From IMG/VR virus record IMGVR_UViG_3300011435_000032, positions 1 through 35,529 of that record: DNA of 35,529 bases; one strand, written 5' to 3'. Positions 17,309 through 28,600 of the stretch are shown in pieces. This DNA comes from a virus. Lineage: Duplodnaviria; Caudoviricetes. The translations under genes and the position numbers were made by a program. The first letter of the stretch is position 1. The number at the start of each line of letters is the position of its first letter. The notes under the pieces were generated by a model. The model had not been told where the DNA came from. It saw nothing but the letters and a program-made list of their open reading frames with translations, and ran no database searches.

Positions 17309-17788
17309 TCAGATCTGCGTGAGCGTGTATTCGTCGATCAGCACGGGCACGAGCACCGCGCCGGTCAACGTTGACCCGTCGGGCAGGTGGACAGTGCCGA
17401 TCGCGACGCCACCGACGCCCACGACGGTTGTGATCTTCTGCGTGTCGGTGCCACTCATGTACACGATGGTGCCGTGCACATACGTCTCGGCAGCGGTGCC
17501 GAGCAGCGAGTGAACACCCGTTGAAAAGACGCTGATCTCCTTCAGCGCGAGGGCCGGGTAGTTGCCCAGGCGGGCCATGCCCACCTGCGAATCGCGCGAG
17601 ATGCCGACGAACTTGACGTTCGTCGCACCGTCACGCGTGAACCGAACGAGCGCCTTGTCGTCGGCATCCCACCCGACGAGTTCTCCCATGCACAGGTCCA
17701 CCAGCGCAGCGAGCGGCTTGTACGGGATCGCTGTCCCGTCGCCGCGCGGGCGAACGTCCTTGAGGTAGGTGTACAGATCTCGCGGCAT
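17309..17788 (-). CDS. Capsid decoration/cement protein
   Basis: 159 aa between protease and MCP; GELV...FVGI...GTIVY...IGTV pattern. Confidence 0.65.
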   Translation of the reverse strand: MPRDLYTYLKDVRPRGDGTAIPYKPLAALVDLCMGELVGWDADDKALVRFTRDGATNVKFVGISRDSQVGMARLGNYPALALKEISVFSTGVHSLLGTAAETYVHGTIVYMSGTDTQKITTVVGVGGVAIGTVHLPDGSTLTGAVLVPVLIDEYTLTQI

Positions 17789-17833
17789 CCTGTCACATCC
17801 TTTCCGCGATCACCGAGGCGATCACGAGATGGT

Positions 17834-19543
17834 CTAGCGGTACGATTCCTTGAACGCGGCGACCGCGAGGTTCACGCTCGCGTCGACACCCTGCGGCGCA
17901 CCGTCACCACGCGGCCCAGCCCCGCCCGCATTCAGCACGGCGGCTTCGCGCGTGATCGTGCGCTTGGCCTGCTTGATCTGCACGGGCCACGACGCCGGTT
18001 CGAGTTGCAACAGATCTTCGACCGACAGCACGTCGGACGGGATCTCGGCCTCCCTCAGCATCTTCGTCGCGGAGTCGCGCCGCTTGAACCCGCTGAGTTC
18101 CGCCTTCAGCCGGATGTTCTCGTTCAGAAGATTGCCCTTGTCCTTGTTGGCTTCCACGAATCGACCCTCCTTCCGCGCGATCTCGCGCTGCAACCTAGCG
18201 ACGGTCTGTGCCAGCACGCGCGCCGCATCTTCTTGTGCACGATCCGACTCGCTCGTGTTCACGAGCTTGTGCCCCTTCGGCGGCAGCACGTCGTTGGACT
18301 CGCCGCAATGCGCACACGCGTACCGCATCGCGGTCTCCGCTTCCGCCATCTCTGTTTCGGTCTCGGCCGTGATAGCGGTTTCCTTCCCCATCCCCGCATC
18401 CGCATCCGTTTCCTTCGACTCCTCCGTTTCCTCGGAGTCTTCCCCGCCAACGACACCCGCCGTTGCGTCCGCAACGGGCGTGGCATCGCCGGTCATGACG
18501 GCAGCTTCTTCGTCGTCGATCGAATGTGTGGACCCACCCAGCGCCATCGCATCCTCGGGGGCCACCGGCTCCTCGGCCGGCAACGCAGGAGGGTCGAGGG
18601 GCATGGCATCGGGGCCGATCGCTTCGCCCGTCGCGATGGCGGGCGCACCGCCCGTCTGAGAGAGCATGCCCGCGAGCAATTCCGTATCCGACTTCAGATC
18701 CGAAATCAGCGCGAGCACGCCGTCAGGATCGGGCGGCAACTTGGTCAGCATCTTCTGAATCTTCGCGACGGCATCCTTGATGGTGGCGGGAGCCTCCATT
18801 GGCGGCACGACGGCTTCACGCTTCGGTGTCGTGTCGCGAATCGGGGTCCGCACAACCGCTGCGGCCGAACCCTTTGCCTCTGCCATACCTTTCCCTCCGC
18901 TCGGTTCTGTCCGAACCGTATTCGACGCCCGGTGTCGAGCGTGCTGAGTCCGCCACTCAGCCATTCTCTCTGCCTCTTGCATCAGATTGACGAAGCGTCC
19001 GCCACGCGCCGGGCGCGTGACGATATCCGCACTGACGGCTTCTTGAATTTCTTTGACGAGGTTCACTTGCATGCCCTGAATCATGCCGGGCTCGGACACG
19101 CCCCCGCCGTTGATCGAGATGCCCGCGTACACACTCTTCGAGTTTGGGAACCGGCGCTGGTACTCCAACGCCGTCGCAACTTTCGCGCGCGCGATCTGGC
19201 CCGCGTCGGATTCATCGAAGCGCAGCGAGCCGAGGCACGCCACAAGCGTGTCACCCGTCACCGGATCTTTCACGGTGCCGCGTGCGGTGTCATAGAAGTA
19301 GCCGGCCAGGTCACGCACGGAACGTTCCGGGCGGTCGCCTTCTTCGGTCGCGGTCGGATGATCGATGAAGAATTGCTTGCCGTTGAACAGCGGCACGCAT
19401 GACTCGACGGCTTCGCGCGTGTAGTAGTTCCGATCGCGGAGGTTGCCGAGCCCTTCGGTGATGATGACGACGCGCGCGGCTCCATCCGGAGCGGTGCCCG
19501 CTTCTCGAATCGTGACGAAGGACGTGAACGGTGTCGGGGTCAT
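17834..19543 (-). CDS. Prohead maturation protease fused to scaffold
   Basis: N-terminal IITEG...YY..EA, FIDHP (His), AGISIN (Ser), SADIVTRPARGG (Asp); acidic linker, CxxC and C-terminal coiled coil. Confidence 0.85.
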   Translation of the reverse strand: MTPTPFTSFVTIREAGTAPDGAARVVIITEGLGNLRDRNYYTREAVESCVPLFNGKQFFIDHPTATEEGDRPERSVRDLAGYFYDTARGTVKDPVTGDTLVACLGSLRFDESDAGQIARAKVATALEYQRRFPNSKSVYAGISINGGGVSEPGMIQGMQVNLVKEIQEAVSADIVTRPARGGRFVNLMQEAERMAEWRTQHARHRASNTVRTEPSGGKGMAEAKGSAAAVVRTPIRDTTPKREAVVPPMEAPATIKDAVAKIQKMLTKLPPDPDGVLALISDLKSDTELLAGMLSQTGGAPAIATGEAIGPDAMPLDPPALPAEEPVAPEDAMALGGSTHSIDDEEAAVMTGDATPVADATAGVVGGEDSEETEESKETDADAGMGKETAITAETETEMAEAETAMRYACAHCGESNDVLPPKGHKLVNTSESDRAQEDAARVLAQTVARLQREIARKEGRFVEANKDKGNLLNENIRLKAELSGFKRRDSATKMLREAEIPSDVLSVEDLLQLEPASWPVQIKQAKRTITREAAVLNAGGAGPRGDGAPQGVDASVNLAVAAFKESYR

Positions 19544-20196
19544 TGCGCCCCCTTCTGTGTCTCGATCTTCAGGGCCGCGATCTTGGCGGCTTCGTCAAGC
19601 ACTTCTTGAGCTTTCTTCTCGGCGATCGCGAGCACTTGCTTGGCCTGTTGCATTGCCAGGGCGATCATCGCGTCCGCGTGGTCCATCTTGGAGGGCAACA
19701 GAACCGGACCCGTCGTGCCCAACGGAGTGCCTTCCGCACGGCCTTCTTCGAGACCGCGCAGGTGCGCCTCTTTCCCGGTCACCGCGACCAACGCGTCCTT
19801 CATCGAATTCGTGTTCTTCTCCAGCTCCCCGATGATCGTGGCTTGTGCTTCAATTTTCGTCGCCGTGGTGGCACTGGTAACCGCCGCAGCCGTGGCTTGG
19901 CGCGCGGCGCTGCCAGCCCTCAGAAGCGCAAACCCGGCGAAGATCGCGCCGATGATGCCGACAAGGAACGTCCCGAGCGGGATCAGGATCTCTTTGACGT
20001 CATCCGGAGTCCATGTCGAGGTCGAGGTCACGGCCGTGGTGGTCAGCGGCCGGCTATCAGCATCAGCCCCAAGCACGAGCCGGGCTCCCACCACGCCCAA
20101 CACCAGCACCACCGACAGGGCCAGACGCCACAACGGCCACGACCATGACGGTGCAGTGAATTCTTCCAGGTCGCCCAGGAATTTCCGCACACTCAC
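19540..20196 (-). CDS. Membrane protein (2 TM segments plus coiled coil)
   Basis: Hydrophobic LALSVVLVLGVVGARLVL and ILIPLGTFLVGIIGAIFAGFALL; GTG start at 20196 with AAGGGG SD. Confidence 0.65.
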   Translation of the reverse strand: MSVRKFLGDLEEFTAPSWSWPLWRLALSVVLVLGVVGARLVLGADADSRPLTTTAVTSTSTWTPDDVKEILIPLGTFLVGIIGAIFAGFALLRAGSAARQATAAAVTSATTATKIEAQATIIGELEKNTNSMKDALVAVTGKEAHLRGLEEGRAEGTPLGTTGPVLLPSKMDHADAMIALAMQQAKQVLAIAEKKAQEVLDEAAKIAALKIETQKGAQ

Positions 20197-20197
20197 G

Positions 20198-20677
20198 TCA
20201 TGCCCCTTCGCGCTGGCGCGCAATTGCCTCGGATTGCACGGCCGTCCGCACCGTCTCTGACGCTGCTATGCTCGGCATCAGGAACGCGCCCGTGCCCGGC
20301 ATCTCAGTCTCGCTCGCCGCCATGGGAGCCGTCCCGCGCTCCCATTCGTCGCACGTGTCGACCGGGCGAATCAGGCCGATCACGCGCGTGCACGAACCCG
20401 GCGCGCTGAAGTGCGCACACGCCCCGCACGATTGCTCGCGCACGTTGGCGTAGCGGTAGCTCGCTTCTTCTTTCGTGACCATGCGCGGCGCAGTCATCAT
20501 GTCGTCTTCACGTTGCTTCTGCGCGTCACGCATCCGTGTCAACGCGATCTTGTCGTCCAGGTCATCGGCGAACGATGCGAGCGGCACGTTGGGCGTCTCG
20601 ACCGCAGACGGCTTGGCGAGCGACGCGCGCACCATCGGAGCGACGGCCGATGTCGGCTGCGATTCTCGATTGGTCAT
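20198..20677 (-). CDS. Protein with HiPIP-like four-Cys domain
   Basis: KEEASY...QSCGACAHF....CTRVIGLIRPVDTCDEW matches the small-HiPIP spacing Y..CxxCxxF..C..V.G.I.P..xC..W. Confidence 0.7.
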   Translation of the reverse strand: MTNRESQPTSAVAPMVRASLAKPSAVETPNVPLASFADDLDDKIALTRMRDAQKQREDDMMTAPRMVTKEEASYRYANVREQSCGACAHFSAPGSCTRVIGLIRPVDTCDEWERGTAPMAASETEMPGTGAFLMPSIAASETVRTAVQSEAIARQREGA

Positions 20678-20973
20678 CGTTCCGTGGCCCGTGGGCGTGG
20701 CTCGTTCAGCACGAGCACGCCGTTGTCGTTACGCACGTCTTTGAGACGCACGCGCTTGTACAGTTCGCGCAACGGTTCGAGATCTTCTTTCTCGTGGACG
20801 CCGACGTACACGATCTCTTCCCATCCGGTCTCTCGATTGCGGCGTGTGGCGACACGCAATTCCGCGTTGCCGCGTTGCTTCAACCGCTCGAAGGCTTGCA
20901 GAACGAATTCACGCTCGGCCTGCAAGAGTTCATCGGGGGCGAAGGAACGTGACGACGGCGGATATTGCGCCAT
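20674..20973 (-). CDS. Hypothetical protein
   Basis: 99 aa, GAGG SD, ATGA overlap with the next gene. Confidence 0.6.
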   Translation of the reverse strand: MAQYPPSSRSFAPDELLQAEREFVLQAFERLKQRGNAELRVATRRNRETGWEEIVYVGVHEKEDLEPLRELYKRVRLKDVRNDNGVLVLNEPRPRATER

Positions 20974-20978
20974 GGCCT

Positions 20979-21257
20979 CTACCAGCCTGCGTCGGCCGGC
21001 GTGAAGCGCCGGCGATTGTGGAAGACGTCAACGATGATCTTGCCGTCCGGTGACCACCGGATGCGTTCGAACTTGACGCTCGATAGCTCCAGGTCGGGGT
21101 TGTGTTTCTTCATGGCCGAGAACTGATCGATCAGACCGACGACCAGCTTGTTGAGTTCCGGTTGCATCAACCGCACGGCTTCGTCACGTCGGCCGATGAT
21201 CTCCGAGACCAGTTCTTGGATCTTGTAGCGAGGCTCGGCCTCCATGATCGTGCTCAT
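20979..21257 (-). CDS. Hypothetical protein
   Basis: Start MSTIMEAE at 21257 (GGAG SD, ATGA overlap); protein-like composition. Confidence 0.6.
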   Translation of the reverse strand: MSTIMEAEPRYKIQELVSEIIGRRDEAVRLMQPELNKLVVGLIDQFSAMKKHNPDLELSSVKFERIRWSPDGKIIVDVFHNRRRFTPADAGW

Positions 21258-21487
21258 GCTGCGTCGTCTCCCCGCAGCGGCGGGCACCACCGCTTGAGTT
21301 CGCGGCCGGGGCGCGGATCGAATTCATCCGTGGCGACCCGGTGCACGGCTTCGTAGCCATCCGTGGTGCACGTGAGCAGCGAATCGCCAGCGTGATTCTG
21401 AAGACCGACGTGAAGGAGAGAACGGCAGAGCGGGCATCGAGGGGGCGACTGCGCGAGGACAGGCGGGACGTCGATCGTGCTATCCAC
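21254..21487 (-). CDS. Small Zn-ribbon-like protein
   Basis: GTG at 21487 with GGAGG SD; CPLC...LLTCTTDGY. Confidence 0.5.
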   Translation of the reverse strand: MDSTIDVPPVLAQSPPRCPLCRSLLHVGLQNHAGDSLLTCTTDGYEAVHRVATDEFDPRPGRELKRWCPPLRGDDAA

Positions 21488-21650
21488 GGTCGGCCTCCAC
21501 CTTTTCCTGATGCCCGCATTCCGCCGCACAGATGTAGACGAAGACGACCCGGCCGAGACTAACACCGGAGAACTTGCGCATTGGTCGCCCGCAATGCACC
21601 GGCACGGTCGGCACTTCACGAAGCGGAGTCACGGCGCGGAGGTCGTTCAT
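21480..21650 (-). CDS. Small Zn-ribbon-like protein
   Basis: MNDLRAVTPLREV...HCGRPM...YICAAECGHQE; 56 aa, directly after the 21655 stop. Confidence 0.5.
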   Translation of the reverse strand: MNDLRAVTPLREVPTVPVHCGRPMRKFSGVSLGRVVFVYICAAECGHQEKVEADRG

Positions 21651-21654
21651 CGTT

Positions 21655-22344
21655 CTATCGCCCGAACATCCCGCCCCAATTGAATCCGCCGCCGCCAGTA
21701 TTCGGGCAGAACTGAGAGCGATTCTGCCGGCACGCTGTCGTGCAGGCCAGGCTGACCGCGCTGCCGTAGGCACCATCCCATTGCGCCTTGGCGTCGTTCG
21801 GCCACGACGCGCGGGCCACCGAGCCGAGGATGTTCACGTGCAGACACGCCTCAGCCGGATCAGGAGCGGGCACGCGCACGGCCTTCCAGGTCGGCGTGGC
21901 CTTGCACGGCGTGGTCGCGTATCCCCAATAGGCCGGGGGCTTGTTCATGTAGTTGGTCGCGCGATCGTTCTCGCACGCGGCCATGGTCTCGAAGTAGATA
22001 GGCAACCACCAGCGCGGCTCGTTTTCGACGACCTTTTGCTGATAGAAAAACTTACCGGTGAACCGCGTGTGCATCGTCACGCCGCTGTTCGGATCGTTGT
22101 AGATGTACACGGCCGAGCAGTCGGAGGTCACGTTCAGCGGCTGGCCCTCGTACCACGTCGAGCCCGCAAAGCCCCACGGCTGCGATGCGCCGTACTTGCC
22201 GACGCACTCCGGCCGCAACGCGGCCCCGGAGGGCACGTTGTAGAAGTAGAACAGGCCGGCGATGGGGTCGAACTGCGCCTCGGCGGGCGCGAAGACGGCC
22301 AGGGTCAGCACCGCAGCGAGCATCACTCCTAGTACACGCTTCAT
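21655..22344 (-). CDS. Secreted Cys-rich protein (moron-like)
   Basis: Sec signal peptide MKRVLGVMLAAVLTLAVFAPAEA|QF, several Cys, AGGAGG SD. Confidence 0.8.
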   Translation of the reverse strand: MKRVLGVMLAAVLTLAVFAPAEAQFDPIAGLFYFYNVPSGAALRPECVGKYGASQPWGFAGSTWYEGQPLNVTSDCSAVYIYNDPNSGVTMHTRFTGKFFYQQKVVENEPRWWLPIYFETMAACENDRATNYMNKPPAYWGYATTPCKATPTWKAVRVPAPDPAEACLHVNILGSVARASWPNDAKAQWDGAYGSAVSLACTTACRQNRSQFCPNTGGGGFNWGGMFGR

Positions 22345-22423
22345 CTCGTCTCCTCCTGTGGCCCCCGTTTACGAGGGCACGTCTCGGGGTGTTGCGAAGT
22401 CATTTCGTTGTATGTCGTTGCCG

Positions 22424-22453
22424 AGTATGGCGAGAATTGCGGGGGAGGGTCAA
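22424..22453 (-). promoter_or_regulatory. Putative sigma70 promoter for the secreted-protein gene
   Basis: TTGACC-N18-CATACT with an upstream A-tract, in an AT-richer intergenic gap. Confidence 0.5.
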
Positions 22454-22486
22454 GTTTTTCTCGGGCATTGCCCGCGCATTGTCTAT

Positions 22487-22675
22487 TCATTGAACAACGG
22501 GGCGGTCGCCTTCATAGGGCGGGGATTGACGCAGCGCCTCGACCACATCGCGAACGTAGGACTCCGTTTCTTCGTCGAGTTCCCGTTCGAATTCCATGAT
22601 GGCTTCGGGCGGGATTTTCCCTTTCATTTCGGCATAGTGCATCTGAACCTCTAGCGGCATCTCCGTCCATTCCAT
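22487..22675 (-). CDS. Small acidic protein (candidate immunity/DNA-mimic partner of the upstream nuclease)
   Basis: 62 aa MEWTEMPLEVQ...EFERELDEETESY; AAGGA SD; starts 2 nt after the nuclease stop. Confidence 0.6.
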   Translation of the reverse strand: MEWTEMPLEVQMHYAEMKGKIPPEAIMEFERELDEETESYVRDVVEALRQSPPYEGDRPVVQ

Positions 22676-22677
22676 TG

Positions 22678-24533
22678 TCAGAATCCTTTGTAGACCAGCG
22701 ATTTCTTGTACCCGGTCTGCGCCTCGGGACTGTTCCAACCAATGCGCTTGTGCAGGCCCTCGAACTTGTAGATATCCGCGACGCCTGACGACAGGCTTTT
22801 CGCGTCAACCACCATCGTGATCGTCTCGAACGTCACCTTCCGGCCCAACACCCGCTCGATTTGTTGCTGCGCGAGTTGCTTGCGCGCGAAGATCCGGTCT
22901 TGCTTCAAGCCGCCGTAGCGGCGGCGGTCTTCCGCTGCGACGTGCTTGAAGGCTTCTTTCTCGCGGCGGTTCGGCTCACCTTGCGTGAGTCGCCATTGCT
23001 GCGCCTTCTTCGACGCCGCAATATCGCCGCCCTTCACTTCGACCACGCGCGAGTCATAGACGATATCGACCGGATAGTTGTTGCGGCCGCTCGGCTTGAT
23101 CGGGCGGGCGTCTTTGAATCCTTGCGAGCGAAGATACTCGATCGCGAGTCGTTCGGAGACAGCCTGCGTTTCGTTTTTCGTGAGCGTGACGCCGTGGCGC
23201 TTCGGCTCGCCTGTGAAGTTCTTCTTCGTGGTCGCGATTCGCACCGAACGAGCGGAGAACTTCTTCTCAAGCTCGACGCGTACCTGTTCGTCGGTGAACG
23301 TCGCATCTTTCGGCAGGGCCGGCGTCGACGCGCGCGAGACACGAGGTCGGATCGATCGCGCCGGCCCACTCCCGTTGCGGTCACTCACGTAGCCTTCGCC
23401 ACCACCATCACCGCCACCACCGGACGTGAATCGCCCGATGTCATCACGTGGGTGGAGGTCTTCGCTCCACTCTTCGCGGAGTGGAACAAGCTCGGCCCGG
23501 ACTAGAGGCGTCCGTCGCGCTTGGCCTGTTCCAGTTTGCGACGTGTCGATTCGAGATCTTCCGGGGTCGGTTCCCGGCCCCCCGTTGCGAGCTTGAAGGC
23601 GTGCACGATCGCGTCGAGGGTCAAGTCGCGCGGGTTGAGCATCGTCATGGACGGCTTCGCGTTTGGCATCGTTGGCTCCTTTGTCTTTGGGGACATTCTT
23701 GAACCACGCTTTTTGCGCCGGCACGTTTTCGGACTGGCCCGTCTTGAAGTTGAAGACGGCGAGTTGATGATGCTCACGGCCCATGCCGAAGGCTTCGTTC
23801 CGATCCTTCATGACGCCTGAGATGTCAAGGAATGCGTTGTTCGTGACCGGATCGTGCCACACGCCGAGATACGCGCGTTGATCTTCGCGCAGGAGATCGC
23901 CGTTGCGGAGCGCGTAGTCGAGCAGGTCTTCCGCTTTCAGTTTCGACACCGGGATCACCTGCTCTCGACCGGGATACATCGCGACGGCGTAACCCTCGTC
24001 ACCGATGTTGACGGCGTGATGCGAGAAAGGGTTGTACGTGAATCCGCTGTCAGGTTCCGCCACGCGCGCGAGCAGGGCGTCGAATTCAGCGGGGCGCAGA
24101 CCGCTGCGATCGATCTTCGTCAACGTCGCCGTGCTCGTACCCCCGCCACGATCCTTCGCGCCCGCCGAGGCACCGCTGTCAGATGCGCCACCGCCCCCGC
24201 CGCCTCCCGACGAGAACTTACCGTCGTCAGCACGCGGGTGCTTCTCTTCATCCCACTCTGACTCGACGAGCACGGCGCGCACCGGCTTCGGCAGCACGAC
24301 CACCGCGCGAAGATATGAACCAAAGTATTGATACGGCAACGCACGCAACCACGCCTCGGGCGTGTCCGTCGTGACACGCTTGCCCTTCACGAGCGGGCGA
24401 TCGGTGAGCACGTCGGCCGCGAGCGTCGGATTGCCGTGCGTGCGGATCGATCCGTCGACCCCACCGTTATCGAGCGTGAGCAGGACGTCTTGCCCGCCGT
24501 CTGGCCGCGTGCTCAGGAGTTGAACGGTGACCA

Positions 24534-24534
<1 letters not shown>
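22678..24534 (-). CDS. Multidomain putative capsid cargo protein: N-terminal module, tag, unknown alpha/beta domain, tag, PD-(D/E)xK nuclease
   Basis: Start MVTVQLL at 24534 (TAATG overlap); two W...HPR...GxF tags; C-terminal SERLAIEYL...YPVDIV...VVEVKGG restriction-endonuclease-fold motif. Confidence 0.75.
23502..23669 (-). CDS. Overprinted 55-aa protein nested out of frame in the linker of 22678..24534
   Basis: AAGGAG SD 7 nt before ATG; mostly G/C-ending codons; helical MPNAKPSMTMLNPRDLTLDAIVHAFKLATGGREPTPEDLESTRRKLEQAKRDGRL. Confidence 0.7.
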   Translation of the reverse strand: MPNAKPSMTMLNPRDLTLDAIVHAFKLATGGREPTPEDLESTRRKLEQAKRDGRL

Positions 24535-25665
<1,131 letters not shown>

Positions 25666-25682
<17 letters not shown>

Positions 25683-28600
25683 CACGCACCTTGGGGGCGA
25701 GCGTCGCGCGCACGGGCGAGCGCGTGGGCGTCTTCTTCTTGGCCGGCGTTGGCTTCGGCGTTGGCTTGGCTTCATACGGCGCACCCTTGCCGTACAACCA
25801 ATGCGGCCCTGCGTTCAAGTCGATCAGGTTCGCGTCGTCATCGTCCATGTCATCGTCCATGTCATCGTCCTCACGATCGTCTTCGGCTTCCGAGGCAGCG
25901 ATGCGCTGTTTCTCAAACGTCGGCGCGTTATGCGCAAAGGCGTCCCACTTTGTCCAACCCGAGCCCATCAACACGACTTCTTGTTCGTCGTGGACGTTCT
26001 GCCCGAAGACCGGGAGCGAGAACACAGCCGTGCGCGGCGCTTGCACGCGCAACACAACACGCTGCGCGCCTTTCGGGTGCACGCCAATGCCGCCCCACTC
26101 GTTTGCGACGCTGATCTTCGATGTAGCGGATTGTAGGGAGTCCCGTTCAAGTTTCAGATTCGGCAACGGCTCACCCGTCTTCGGCTTTGAATCGAGGACG
26201 CGCATGTCGCCCCGATAGACCACGACCTGCTCGGCCTTGGCCTTCGAGAGCACATACTGCGAGACTTCCCATTGCGCGCGCGCATACGCCTGCACATGGG
26301 CGAGATCGTATTCGTGCACCGTCACAGGCGGCCTGCCAGCGGCTTCGGGACGCACATCACGGGTGCGCGTATCGAATTCTTTCGCCACTGCCGTGCGCAA
26401 CAACACGCCGCCATTTGATGCCGGGGATTCTTTCCATCCGTCCCACAACCGACCGGCCAGCGTTTCGTAATCGCGGTCGTCAGCCAAGCCACGGTCTTTG
26501 AGGATTTGTCCGTAACGCTTCTCGGTCATGCGCGCAGCGAGGGCGTGCGTTGCGGTGTAGTCGTCGCCATCTTGGAACGGCTTCCATTCTTCCGGCTCGT
26601 GAATGACAACGGCTTTTTCACTCTGTTCCAGTTCGCTTAGATTTTCTTTCGCGTACTCGAACTTCTTGTCATCCTCCATCTGGCTCCAAAACTCTGACGC
26701 GGCTTCGGCGGCCTGCTCGTTCAACCACTCGGGAGGATTGTCGATCATCCGCTCACGGATCGCCTCTCGTTTCCCGTCCATCTTGTCTTTCATGAACGAC
26801 GTGAAGGAGTCCTTGACTTCGGCCCACCGTTCTTCCGACGTGCGGCGCAAGTTGTCGAGCGGAAGATCCAACTGCTCGGCGTCAGCCGGCGATCCCCATT
26901 TCAATTCATTGGAGTCCACGTCAACATCGTCGTCGGTGTCCTGAGGGCGATTGATGGCGTTGTAAAGCGATGCGTGGTCCAGGTCCAATCCGCTGTCATC
27001 GATGAATTCTGCGGCCCGGTCCTTCCACCACGCATCGTCATCACGCAATTCTTCGTGCACCGGCTCGTCGAGGTTCTCTGACCACGACTCATACTCAGAA
27101 TCGTAGAACTCACTTTGGTTGTTCTCGACCCACGTATCTTCGGCTTTAGCTTGTTGTTTACTCGACAACGCGTCCCACGCTTCAGGAGCATCGGAGACGT
27201 CGACTTCACCGCCCTCTTCCACGATCGCGTCTTTCAAACGATCGAGGTCTGGCTTGACCTTTTCGAAGTCGCGGAACATCTTCTCCGTGTTTTGCTTGCC
27301 CCATTCGTCGCGGGGCGTGTCACGCTCCGGGGACACAGCCCCGCCACCGCCTGTTGACGAGAATCGGCCGATATCGTCACGCGGGTGCTTCTCTTCGTCC
27401 CATTCTTCGAGGATGCGCGCCGTCGCGAGATGGGACGGCTGCACGAGCACGCGCGTGAGAAAGTAGCGTTCGTCTTCAGCGAGTTCGTCGAGCGTGACGA
27501 GGCTTGCGGCGTCGATTTCTTCGGGCGTCAGGATCGCCTGCGCGGCTCCGCGACGCTGCGCGAGCATGACCACGGTGTTCGACCACGGGCGATAGAGTGT
27601 CCCAAGCGTGCGCAGGATCGTGACGTCGAGCCCGGCTTCTTCGCGCATCTCTCGCTGTGCGGCCTGCGCATAACTCTCGGCCTTATCGACGTGTCCACCG
27701 GGCAGTGTCCAGAACGTGAGGCCACGCGGACGAACCGCCCACACGCGCCCCGAGGGTTCGAGACACGCGACGGCGACGCGCGTATACGGGGAGAGTCCGA
27801 CTTGCGGGCCAAAGCGTTCGCGCGCATAGAGCACTTGGCCCGTGGCGAAGTCCACGAGCATGTCGACGTCGTGCTCATCCACCACGGATTCATCGCCCAC
27901 CGCATCGGTGATCGGGACACGCGCGACGGCGAACACGAGCGATCCAATCGCGGTGCCTCGATTCAACATGTGTGAAACGAGATCGTCGAGCGCCGGCGCG
28001 ACCGGCCACGCGGCCAGATACTCCTGTCCGCGCGCAATCGTCGCCGCGTCGTCCTTCGTGATGAACGTGCCGGCGTATTGTTCGCCGAGGGCGCACGACG
28101 GAAACGTGACGGTGCGCAGACCGGGCCAACGTCCGATCAGGTATTGGGAGAGTCGCTTGCGCGGTTGGTTCCACGACGGGCCGTCTGGTGCGTCGAGGGC
28201 CACGCCACCGGGCACAGGTATCCACACACCGGGCGCGTCGAGGGCCAGCGTGTACCAGCCCTTCGCGCACGCGACGCTTAGGGTCGTGCCGTCCGAGGCG
28301 ATCAGCACGTGATCCGGCTGCGCGAGGGCGCGCGCCCGAGCGAGAATGCCGTGCCACTCAGGCGTGAGCGTGCCCACGAGCAACGCAGGCAGATCCGCCC
28401 ATGGGAGCGTGGCATACGAATGCGCACGGCGCGGCTTCACGCGCGAGAGGGCGGCGGGCATCATCGTTTCATCGCCCCACGCCCAACCCTCGCGGGCGGC
28501 TTCGCGGAGCGACTCCATCATCTCAGCACCACGACGCGAGTAGCCGTTTGCCTGCAACCACGCGGTGCCTTCGGCGCGGTATTCTTCGAGGTCCGTTTCG

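Noticed and set aside
15571-17322. 583-aa plus-strand ORF opposite the capsid gene (likewise 3480..5006, 18005..19402, 25106..26218)
   Set aside because: Arg/His/Val-rich shadow ORFs expected opposite GC-rich genes; no motifs, SD or promoter seen, unlike 28690..29403.
19540-20196. Holin call for the two-TM protein
   Set aside because: No endolysin or spanin nearby and no family motif recognised; left as a membrane protein.
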